Translations under genes and position numbers: made by a program
Part shown: piece after piece, positions 9,470 to 17,386 of the stretch
How the letters are laid out: the number at the start of each line of letters is the position of its first letter
Numbering within the stretch: the stretch's first letter is position 1
Source of the DNA: Verrucomicrobiota bacterium
Lineage (GTDB): Bacteria > Verrucomicrobiota > Verrucomicrobiia > Chthoniobacterales > UBA6821
NCBI GenBank assembly: GCA_037127835.1
Contig: JBAXXS010000001.1
Location: 5,275-69,274 of the forward strand
Direction: 5' to 3'
DNA: 64,000 nucleotides
The notes under the pieces: generated by a model
Databases searched by the model: none
What the model saw: the letters and a program-made list of their open reading frames with translations, nothing else
Told to the model about the DNA's origin: nothing

Positions 9470-10201
9470 ATGATGAAAAAACAACTCCTCCTCTTTCTTC
9501 TGCTCGGCTGTTTATCCCTTTCCCTGAAGGCCCAGAATGCCAATACCCAGCCTACCTCCCCGCCACCACCCGGTGAGTATGGTCCGATGGCCAAGTTGAG
9601 CGATGCGGAACGGGCTCAGGTGAAAGCTGCTCATGATAAAGCGATCCAGCAGAACCCCGCTTTAGATGAAAAAATGAAGGCTGCCCATCAAGCGAGGGGG
9701 GAAGCTAAAAAGTCCATGCATGACGCGATGATCGTAGTCGACCCGAGCGTTGAGCCTATTCTCGCTAAAATGATGCCTCCAAAATGGGCAGACAAACACG
9801 AGAGTGGCAAAAATGGCCCAAGCAGTCAGAGCGGCGGTCCCTCTCCTTCTACCATCTCCGCTGCAACCAATGCCAATGTTTGGCATCAAACTGGACGCCA
9901 TGAACCTCCGGGAATGGCCAATCTTACAGAGAGCGAGCGCCAGCAACTCAAGTCCCTCCATGAGCAGGTAAAGAACGATCCTTCCGTCATTGCTGCCAAG
10001 GAAGCAAAGCAGAGCGCCACGACTCCCGAGGCAAGACATGCGGCGGAGGAAACCATGCGCCAAGCAATGCATGATGCGATGATCAAGGCAGATAACTCTG
10101 TGGGGCCCATCCTTGAAAAACTTCGCCCAACTGGTGGAACTGGAGGTGGAGGAGCGGGGCAACCACCAGCCTCGCCTTCAGCTATGCCGATGGCTCAATA
10201 A
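9470..10201 (+). CDS. Secreted/periplasmic helical protein with two internal ~60-aa repeats
   Basis: The signal peptide is MMKKQLLLFLLLGCLSLSLKAQ. Two units run (L)S/T-E-x-E-R-x-Q-(V/L)K ... MHDAMI...P-I-L-x-K, and the C-terminus is G/P-rich. The ORF-track start at 9308 overlaps E2 and was rejected. Confidence 0.65.
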   Translation: MMKKQLLLFLLLGCLSLSLKAQNANTQPTSPPPPGEYGPMAKLSDAERAQVKAAHDKAIQQNPALDEKMKAAHQARGEAKKSMHDAMIVVDPSVEPILAKMMPPKWADKHESGKNGPSSQSGGPSPSTISAATNANVWHQTGRHEPPGMANLTESERQQLKSLHEQVKNDPSVIAAKEAKQSATTPEARHAAEETMRQAMHDAMIKADNSVGPILEKLRPTGGTGGGGAGQPPASPSAMPMAQ

Positions 10202-10276
10202 GCGATAAGTTCCGTTTTATAAGTGGTTTCTCAGGCCGAGTTCCTTGGAAATCCGACCGCTTTCCCCAACACTTGG

Positions 10277-10576
10277 TTATCCCTGAGGCTTAATTATCTC
10301 TTTTCCTGAAGATCCTTTGGTGTGGATGGTTCCGTGCTGTGGAGTTGGGGATGGGAGGCCATGATGTAGTATTCTCGTGTAAGGTCCTTCGACGACCTGA
10401 GGGAAGTAAAGATCGCGGCGGTTTTCCACTGTGGTGCAACCAATGAGGGAGAGCGCCATGAAGAAAGCAATACCGACAGGGATATTGTGAGGAAGTGTAA
10501 GTTGCACGATAGTGGAGCATAATCGTGCGAGCCGATTCCGTGTCAAAGAAATTGCCCCTTCCAAACTTCTTCGCAA
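10277..10576 (-). CDS. Possible small lipoprotein (hypothetical)
   Basis: The 99-aa ORF has only a TTG at its 5' end. It contains a hydrophobic stretch ending in a lipobox-like LIGC (IPVGIAFFMALSLIGC). The true start is uncertain and the gene may not be real. Confidence 0.3.
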   Translation of the reverse strand: MRRSLEGAISLTRNRLARLCSTIVQLTLPHNIPVGIAFFMALSLIGCTTVENRRDLYFPQVVEGPYTRILHHGLPSPTPQHGTIHTKGSSGKEIIKPQG

Positions 10577-10588
10577 GGATCCTATCGC

Positions 10589-11539
10589 ATGCTGCTAGCT
10601 TATTATATCCATGACCTGAGTCCCTTCCTGATCCACATCGGGGGATTTGGTTTGAGGTGGTACGGGTTGGCCTATCTGGCCGGGTTCATCGTCGGAATCC
10701 TGCTCTATAAGCATCTTGCAAAGCGTGGATATTCCGATCTGCGCCCTGATCAAGTGACGGATTTTATCACGATGGGTGCGCTCTTTGGGGTTCTCCTAGG
10801 AGGACGTCTCGGTTACATGCTCTTTTACGATGCCGACCGATTTTTGCATGATCCCCTGATTTTCTTCCGCGTGTGGGAAGGTGGGATGGCAAGTCATGGA
10901 GGCATTCTTGGCCTGACCTTTTACACGATCTGGTACGCGCAGAGACACGGACTTTCTTTCCGGAATCTTGCCGACAATCTTGTGGTGGTGGGCCCGGTCG
11001 GAGTCTTTTTCGGGCGATGTGCCAACTTCATCAACGGCGAACTCTATGGCCGTGTGACCGATACCTTCTGGGCAGTCCAGTTTCCGAAAGAGATCCTCAT
11101 CTACCCTCCGGAGCATCTCGACCGGTTGCTTTCCAAGACTGTTGCAGTCGACCCCTCATTGGGATCCCCCGAGGCGGTGATTGCCGGCGTGGCCGCTTCT
11201 CAACCGCTTCGTGAACTGCTGGCCGTCGAGATCGCTCCGCGCTATCCCTCCCAGCTTGTGGAAGCCGGACTTGAGGGACTCTTCCTCTTCGCTCTGCTCT
11301 GGATGCTCCGGACGCGGGTACGACTTGCCAACGGTGTCCTGACCGGAGTTTTCTTCATCGCCTACGCCGTTGTGAGATTCCTCGGTGAATGCTTCAGGGA
11401 ACCCGATGCACCGTTGACCGGAATCCTCACTAGGGGACAATTTCTCTCTCTGTTCATGATCCTTATCGGGATCTTTTTCTTACTTTGGGCGCGCTGGAAG
11501 CCAAGCTACCCGCATCGTTTCACGAAGGCCTCATCATAA
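10589..11539 (+). CDS. lgt: Prolipoprotein diacylglyceryl transferase
   Basis: 316-aa polytopic membrane protein with Lgt motifs (LRWYGLAYLAGF, WEGGMASHGG, GRCANFINGELYGR). Confidence 0.9.
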   Translation: MLLAYYIHDLSPFLIHIGGFGLRWYGLAYLAGFIVGILLYKHLAKRGYSDLRPDQVTDFITMGALFGVLLGGRLGYMLFYDADRFLHDPLIFFRVWEGGMASHGGILGLTFYTIWYAQRHGLSFRNLADNLVVVGPVGVFFGRCANFINGELYGRVTDTFWAVQFPKEILIYPPEHLDRLLSKTVAVDPSLGSPEAVIAGVAASQPLRELLAVEIAPRYPSQLVEAGLEGLFLFALLWMLRTRVRLANGVLTGVFFIAYAVVRFLGECFREPDAPLTGILTRGQFLSLFMILIGIFFLLWARWKPSYPHRFTKASS

Positions 11540-11546
11540 TGAAGTC

Positions 11547-12527
11547 ATGATCGCGGTGCATTATGATCGGGGGGTCTATCTTCCCGGCTGCGATCATCTC
11601 TGGTTGGATCCTCGGGGAACGCGCCCCTTCGCATTCATATCCCATGCCCATAGCGACCATATGGGCCACCACCAGAGGACGATTCTGACAGATGCCACGG
11701 CCCGCTTCATGAGGGCTCGCATGGGGTCGAGTGGTAAGGTGCAGCATGTCCTGAAGTACGGGGAAAAGCGTGAGTTCGGATCTTTCAAAGCCACGCTGCT
11801 TCCTGCTGGGCATGTTCTGGGATCGGCTCAGATCCTGATCGAGCAGGATGGAGAGAGCTTGCTCTACACCGGTGACTTCAAGCTGCGACCTGGGCTCTCC
11901 AGCGAGCCAGCGCAATGCGTTCAGGCCGACACACTGATTATGGAGACGACGTTTGGTCTTCCTCATTACAACTTTCCGCCGGCTGCAAAAACAATCGCCG
12001 GCATTCTGGAGTTCTGCCGTTCCACCCTGGCGGAGGGCTCGGTGCCCGTGCTTCTCGGATACTCTCTTGGCAAGGCTCAGGAAATCCTGTCTGCCCTTGC
12101 GGGTGCGGAACTTCCCGTGATGCTGCACGGCTCTATCTGGCAGATGACCCGTCTCTACGAAGAGCTCGGAGCGGTTTTCCCGCCTTATGAGCGTTTTGAG
12201 CCGGAGCACATAACTGGGCATGTCCTGATCTGTCCCCCCATGACGAAGAATTCCGCAATGCTGGAAAAAATCATCGAAAAAAGAGTCGCCATGATCACGG
12301 GCTGGGGTCTCGATGAGGGGGCTGTCTATCGCTACGGATGCGACGCTGTCTTTCCCCTCTCCGACCATGCCGATTATGGAGAGCTGATGGAGATGGTCGA
12401 GTTGGTGAAACCCTCCCGTATCTTCACACTACATGGCTATGCCGATCAATTCGCCTTGGACCTACGCCGTCGCGGCATCGACGCCTGGTCGCTCACCGGC
12501 GGGAATCAGCTTGAGTTCGGGCTCTGA
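11547..12527 (+). CDS. Metallo-beta-lactamase-fold beta-CASP-type nuclease (resembles the short ligase-associated DNA-damage-response exonuclease class)
   Basis: It has the HxHxDH motif (FISHAHSDHMGHH) and later Asp/His motifs (YTGDFK, LSDHADYGEL, TLHGY). The 326-aa length fits the short beta-CASP class. The subfamily call is inference. Confidence 0.75.
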   Translation: MIAVHYDRGVYLPGCDHLWLDPRGTRPFAFISHAHSDHMGHHQRTILTDATARFMRARMGSSGKVQHVLKYGEKREFGSFKATLLPAGHVLGSAQILIEQDGESLLYTGDFKLRPGLSSEPAQCVQADTLIMETTFGLPHYNFPPAAKTIAGILEFCRSTLAEGSVPVLLGYSLGKAQEILSALAGAELPVMLHGSIWQMTRLYEELGAVFPPYERFEPEHITGHVLICPPMTKNSAMLEKIIEKRVAMITGWGLDEGAVYRYGCDAVFPLSDHADYGELMEMVELVKPSRIFTLHGYADQFALDLRRRGIDAWSLTGGNQLEFGL

Positions 12528-12563
12528 GCGAGCGATTGGCGCCCCCTCACCTTGGAATCCTGA

Positions 12564-13322
12564 TCAGGATCGCAACAACTTCTCTACGCGCGCAACATCT
12601 CCGGGCGTGTCGACCCCTATTCCGCGATGAGAGGTCATAACCACGCGGATTGGGATGCCGTTCTCTAGGGCGCGGAGTTGTTCAAGTTTCTCGCACAGCT
12701 CCAAAGGGCTCGGAGCGAAGCGCACCAGCTTCCGCAGCACGTCTCTGCGGTATCCATAGATGCCGAGGTGGAGCAGCGGGGCTACAGCGCTTGACTTGTC
12801 CTTCGCGTCGCGTTGATACGGGATCCTACTCCGTGAAAAATAAAGCGCGTTGCCCTTCCGGTCCACCACGACCTTCACGCAGTTAGGATCATCGGCTTCT
12901 TGGGGATCGGTGAAGGGGGTCGCCGCAGTGATCATACCGATACTTGAGTCGCGCTTCAGAGTCTTGGCCAATAAAGATATCAGGAGTGGATCGATCATTG
13001 GCTCATCACCCTGGACATTAATGAAGTGCGTCGCTTCTTTGAATCGCACGGCCACTTCAGCAATCCGGTCGGTACCGCTTGGATGATCGGGCGATGTCAT
13101 CACAACGTCGGCCCCGAAATTGAGCGCCGCCTCCGCAATCCGGTCGTCATCGGTGGCGATCAGGACACAGGAGATCCCTTTTGCTTGGAGAGAACGTTCC
13201 CAGACATGCTGAACCAATGGCTTGCCCGCGATCGGATGGAGGCACTTCCCTGGGAATCGCGTTGATCCCCAGCGGGCCGGGATAACGAGGGCGATTGTAG
13301 TTTTGGAGGTGAGAGCGCTCAT
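12564..13322 (-). CDS. kdsB: 3-deoxy-manno-octulosonate cytidylyltransferase (CMP-Kdo synthetase)
   Basis: 252 aa, with VIPARWGSTRFPGKCL, VNVQGDEP and an overall KdsB layout. Confidence 0.9.
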   Translation of the reverse strand: MSALTSKTTIALVIPARWGSTRFPGKCLHPIAGKPLVQHVWERSLQAKGISCVLIATDDDRIAEAALNFGADVVMTSPDHPSGTDRIAEVAVRFKEATHFINVQGDEPMIDPLLISLLAKTLKRDSSIGMITAATPFTDPQEADDPNCVKVVVDRKGNALYFSRSRIPYQRDAKDKSSAVAPLLHLGIYGYRRDVLRKLVRFAPSPLELCEKLEQLRALENGIPIRVVMTSHRGIGVDTPGDVARVEKLLRS

Positions 13323-13351
13323 GGTCGAAAAGGATTCAACGACTCAACGAC

Positions 13352-13891
13352 TTAAAGGGCACCATCGAGCACGAGGCGAACAGCTTCGGTGACCGTCGGC
13401 GCGATGAAGTCGGCCCCGCAGCCAAGATAATCTTTTCCGTAGCCTGTCTCCACGAGAATGGTATGCACACCTGCGTTCCGGCCGCACTCGATGTCGATCC
13501 CCTTGTCCCCGATCATGAAGGAGCGCTTGAGATCAATTCCATGCTCAGATGCCGCCTCGAGGATCATGCCGGGTGCCGGCTTGCGACGCAGTGAGGGATT
13601 GTCAGGATGGTCGGGTGCCATGTAGGAGGCATCGACTTCCCTATTGAGTTGGCGGAAAAGCTCGGCCTGCACGGATTCGAACTGCTCAACGGTGAAGTAG
13701 CCTCTGCCAATGCCGCTCTGGTTCGTGATGATGATCACAGTCCAACCGAGTGCACGCGCCCGAGCAAGCTCCTCGGCGGCACCAGGATAGGCTCTGACAT
13801 CTGAGGGGTCGTGACAATGGTCGACCTCGACCATGAGCGTTCCGTCGCGGTCGACAAAGAGGGCGGGACGCAGACCTTGGGTGCCGCTCAT
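13352..13891 (-). CDS. gmhB: D-glycero-D-manno-heptose 1,7-bisphosphate phosphatase (HAD family)
   Basis: 179 aa with HAD motif I FVDRDGTL, plus ITNQSGIGRGY and GDKGIDIECGRNAG. Its start overlaps the upstream kinase stop in an ATGA at 13888-13891. Confidence 0.85.
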   Translation of the reverse strand: MSGTQGLRPALFVDRDGTLMVEVDHCHDPSDVRAYPGAAEELARARALGWTVIIITNQSGIGRGYFTVEQFESVQAELFRQLNREVDASYMAPDHPDNPSLRRKPAPGMILEAASEHGIDLKRSFMIGDKGIDIECGRNAGVHTILVETGYGKDYLGCGADFIAPTVTEAVRLVLDGAL

Positions 13892-14895
13892 GTTTGAGCG
13901 AGATTCCTGAAACTCGCTTCCAGTTCGGTGCGTGTGCAGGTGGCGGTGCCCAGTTTGCCCACGACGATGCCAGCGGCATGGTTGGCCAGTTCGGCCGCCT
14001 CCTCCGGATTCGCTCCCGCTGTGATGCCTAGTGTGTAGAGAGAGATGGAAGTGTCACCCGCACCGGAAACGTCGAAGATTTCCCGGGCGCGTGTCGGCGT
14101 GTGATAAGGCGGATGCCCCTTGCGGAAGAGCATCATGCCCTGCTCGCTCAGGGTGATCAGGAGAGCGCCGGCATTCCAGCGGTTGAGAAGGATTTCACCC
14201 ACCTTCATAAGGGCAGCATCGTTTTCAACGGGATGAACAGGAGAGGAAAGTGGAATGCCTGCGGCGGCAAAGGCCTCGGAACGGTTCGGCTTGATCGTGA
14301 CGATGCCGGGCCATTCCAGGGGGTTTTTGGGATTGGGGTCGCAGGTGACGATCACGCCCTTCTCCCTTGCCTTTTCTAGGACGGCATCCACCAATCCTTG
14401 GTCGAGGAATCCCTTGCCATAGTCCTCAATAAGCACTGCATCGGCCTCTCCAACCAGTTGGCGTGCTTTACTCAGGATATCTTGTCTTTCCGAACCAGGT
14501 GCCATGCGCTGTTCGCGGTCCACTCGGACGACCTGCTGGCGCTGGGCAATGATCCGGGTTTTCACGATCGTCGGGATGGAAGGATGTGTGAAGAGGCCCT
14601 CCGTCGAGATTCCCTCGCTCCTTAGCAGCCCTGTGAGCTTTTCACCGGAGGCATCGGCCCCCACTATTCCAAGCATGGTGACCGAAGAGGTAAACTCCCG
14701 AAGATTGCGTGCCACGTTTGCCGCTCCGCCGGGATAGCTGGACTCGCTCTGCACCTCCACGATGGGCACCGGTGCCTCGGGCGAGATCCTGCCCACATTT
14801 CCCCAGACAAACTCGTCCAACATCAGGTCGCCAATGACGAGGAGTCGCTTGGCCGATGCCTTATCAAGAATGTGTTGTAATCTTTCCCGGTCCAT
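13888..14895 (-). CDS. hldA: D-beta-D-heptose 7-phosphate kinase (RfaE domain I / HldA-type, ribokinase fold)
   Basis: 335 aa. The N-terminus is LVIGDLMLDEFVWG and the ribokinase signature is FDVSGAGDT. The adenylyltransferase domain is not fused. Confidence 0.85.
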   Translation of the reverse strand: MDRERLQHILDKASAKRLLVIGDLMLDEFVWGNVGRISPEAPVPIVEVQSESSYPGGAANVARNLREFTSSVTMLGIVGADASGEKLTGLLRSEGISTEGLFTHPSIPTIVKTRIIAQRQQVVRVDREQRMAPGSERQDILSKARQLVGEADAVLIEDYGKGFLDQGLVDAVLEKAREKGVIVTCDPNPKNPLEWPGIVTIKPNRSEAFAAAGIPLSSPVHPVENDAALMKVGEILLNRWNAGALLITLSEQGMMLFRKGHPPYHTPTRAREIFDVSGAGDTSISLYTLGITAGANPEEAAELANHAAGIVVGKLGTATCTRTELEASFRNLAQT

Positions 14896-14990
14896 TACAG
14901 ATTGAGGTTAACCAAAAGCGTGTGAACTACGATTCGCCCATGCTCCATAGCGAGACCCCTCTCGGCGAGGGTATTTTTTCCAGATTTCCG

Positions 14991-15809
14991 ATGAATCATC
15001 TTTTTTCAATCAGCACGGCTATCGCATGCCTGTTTCTCATCTCCTCTCCGATCATGAGGGCAGACACTCCTCCTAAGAAGATCTCACTTTCCGATTTTCC
15101 CGCTGCAGCCGTTGAGGAAGTGGTGGTGCCGGTACCCAGCGAAATCTTTGCCGTTCTGGACAAACTCGGTAACCCGAATTGGAAGGGTCAGCTCCGTGAC
15201 GGCAAGGTTCGCACTCCGGAGGACCGAGCACGCACTGCCCTTCTTCTCGGGAATGTAATCGCCGAAGGTTTTGTGGCTGTCGAAGCCGAGGATGCTGAGC
15301 GCGTGAAGGAACTCGGTCGCCAGGTTCTGACGCTCGCGGAAGCTATCAATGTCCGTAAGTCGGTTATTGCCCGGAGCAAGAGTATCACCGATAAGGCCGA
15401 TCAGCGCGATTGGAGGGGTGTGCGTGCGGAGTTTGATGGAGCCCTTCAGGATGTTCGCGGTGCCATGCAGGAACTCAATGATCAGGATCTTTCGCAGTTG
15501 GTGAGTCTGGGTGGATGGCTCCGGGGTACAGAGGTGCTGACCTCGATCGTGGGCGGCGGGTTTTCCAAGGATGGCACAGAACTTCTTCATCAGCCCGAGT
15601 TGGTGAATTATTTCGACCGCTGCATCGGCTCCATGGGAGGACGCCTTCGTAAGAACCCCTTGGTCGCCAGCATTCGGGATGTGCTGAGGAAAATCGGACC
15701 TATTGTGAACGAAGGGGGAGATAAAATCACCCCTGAACAGGTCAAATCAATCCATAATCTCACTCATGGCGTGAACCAGCAGATCGTCGAAGGAACCACG
15801 GGAAACTGA
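14991..15809 (+). CDS. Hypothetical secreted, mostly helical protein
   Basis: The signal-like N-terminus is MNHLFSISTAIACLFLISSPIMRADT. I recognise no family motif. The ORF-track start at 14856 overlaps the divergent kinase gene and was rejected. Confidence 0.6.
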   Translation: MNHLFSISTAIACLFLISSPIMRADTPPKKISLSDFPAAAVEEVVVPVPSEIFAVLDKLGNPNWKGQLRDGKVRTPEDRARTALLLGNVIAEGFVAVEAEDAERVKELGRQVLTLAEAINVRKSVIARSKSITDKADQRDWRGVRAEFDGALQDVRGAMQELNDQDLSQLVSLGGWLRGTEVLTSIVGGGFSKDGTELLHQPELVNYFDRCIGSMGGRLRKNPLVASIRDVLRKIGPIVNEGGDKITPEQVKSIHNLTHGVNQQIVEGTTGN

Positions 15810-15811
15810 TC

Positions 15812-16276
15812 ATGAACTTTCTTCCTTTCAGTCGATTTGGCACGCGGACCAAGCGATTTGTTGTCGTGGCGATGGTGCTCGTAGCCTGCTCGCCCTGCCT
15901 GGTCCGCGCCACGGTGGATGATGCCCTCTCTTTCGCCTATGAGGCAGCTCTCCCTTATTACAAGCAGGGATACTCCATTCGTAAGGATGCTTGGGGCGGC
16001 GACCTCGGTGTTCGGGAAAAAAAGGCAGTCAGTTCGCAACTCTTCAAAGGGAATAATTATTGGTTCCTAATGGCCTCCGATGTGAAGGGGGCGACTCTTT
16101 CCGTTCACATTTACGACGACAACGGCAATCTTGTTGATGCCGAAAGCTGGCAGAAAGGACGCTTTGCCGGTGCAAGGGTAAGCCCGAAGGCAACGGGAAC
16201 ATTTTTTGCCATCGTCCAGATCCTCAAGTCCCCCGAGGATCGCACTCCGTGGGCGTTGGTTTACGGCTATAAGTAG
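15812..16276 (+). CDS. Hypothetical secreted small beta-rich protein
   Basis: 154 aa with a hydrophobic N-terminal segment (FVVVAMVLVACSPCLVRA). It starts 2 nt after the previous stop. No family motif recognised. Confidence 0.6.
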   Translation: MNFLPFSRFGTRTKRFVVVAMVLVACSPCLVRATVDDALSFAYEAALPYYKQGYSIRKDAWGGDLGVREKKAVSSQLFKGNNYWFLMASDVKGATLSVHIYDDNGNLVDAESWQKGRFAGARVSPKATGTFFAIVQILKSPEDRTPWALVYGYK

Positions 16277-16285
16277 CCGTCGTCG

Positions 16286-17386
16286 TTGAAGAGACCATTA
16301 CAGAAAAGAAAGCAGGGTCCTGTTTGCGATCCAAAGAAGGTGTCCGTCTTTGCGGAAGAGGTCACCTTGGAATTCGACAATGCCCGTGCTTTGCAAGCTG
16401 TGTACGGTGGCGATGAGAAATTGCTTCGACTCATGGAGAGAGATTTTGGTGTTCACCTCACAAGCCGTGACGGGTGGCTGAAGATCCAAGGTGATAACAA
16501 AGCCGTGACCAAGGCCCGGCAAGTATTTGGTGAACTACGCCGGGTCGTTTCCTTGGGGGGGGTGATCGGACGGGATGAGTTTCTGTTTGCCCTAGAGCAT
16601 CCTAAGCACCCTGAGCATCCCGAGCCTTCAGTGGCCACGCCTGCCCACCCGGGTCCCGATGGTTGCGCATCGCTTTCCACTCCTTCTCCTCTTGAAAGCC
16701 TCTATCACGAACGGATCCAGTGCTCTCCGCGCAAGCCACCCGTTGTTCCAAAGAACCTTTCCCAACGAGATTACCTCCGTGCCATCGATACCCATGATAT
16801 CACTTTCGGTGTCGGTCCTGCTGGAACCGGAAAGACATACCTTGCCGTTGCCAAGGCGGTTGCAGCTCTCAAGACGGAAAAAGTAAGCAGGATCATTCTC
16901 ACGCGACCCGCCGTGGAGGCCGGTGAAGCCTTGGGATTCCTGCCCGGGGAACTGCAGGAAAAGATCCTGCCTTATCTTCGCCCTCTCTACGATGCTCTGC
17001 ACGACATGCTGGAACCTGAGGAGATCCAGCGTGCCATCGAGCGGAACATCATCGAGATCGCGCCCCTGGCCTACATGCGCGGCAGAACCCTGAACAAGGC
17101 GTTCATCATCCTGGATGAGGCTCAGAATACGACCACCGAGCAGATGTTCATGTTCCTCACTCGTATCGGGATCGGCTCAAGGTGCGTGATCACGGGCGAC
17201 AGGACGCAAATCGATCTCCCCAAGAACAAGCCGAGCGGCCTGATTGAGGCGATAGGGGCATTGGCAAGCACTCCGGGAATCAATTTCCATCATTTCGGCG
17301 AAAAGGATGTCGTTCGTCACCCCTTGGTTAGGGCCATCATTACGGCCTATAAGGAGCATCGCGGACTCCAGGAGACTCGTATTTGA
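16286..17386 (+). CDS. ybeZ: PhoH/YbeZ-family ATPase with N-terminal KH-like region
   Basis: Walker A is GPAGTGKTYLAVA and Walker B is ILDEAQN, with DLP downstream. A His/Pro-rich low-complexity insert (EHPKHPEHPEPSVATPAHPGP) sits between the N-domain and the ATPase. The start is TTG and is uncertain. Confidence 0.9.
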   Translation: MKRPLQKRKQGPVCDPKKVSVFAEEVTLEFDNARALQAVYGGDEKLLRLMERDFGVHLTSRDGWLKIQGDNKAVTKARQVFGELRRVVSLGGVIGRDEFLFALEHPKHPEHPEPSVATPAHPGPDGCASLSTPSPLESLYHERIQCSPRKPPVVPKNLSQRDYLRAIDTHDITFGVGPAGTGKTYLAVAKAVAALKTEKVSRIILTRPAVEAGEALGFLPGELQEKILPYLRPLYDALHDMLEPEEIQRAIERNIIEIAPLAYMRGRTLNKAFIILDEAQNTTTEQMFMFLTRIGIGSRCVITGDRTQIDLPKNKPSGLIEAIGALASTPGINFHHFGEKDVVRHPLVRAIITAYKEHRGLQETRI

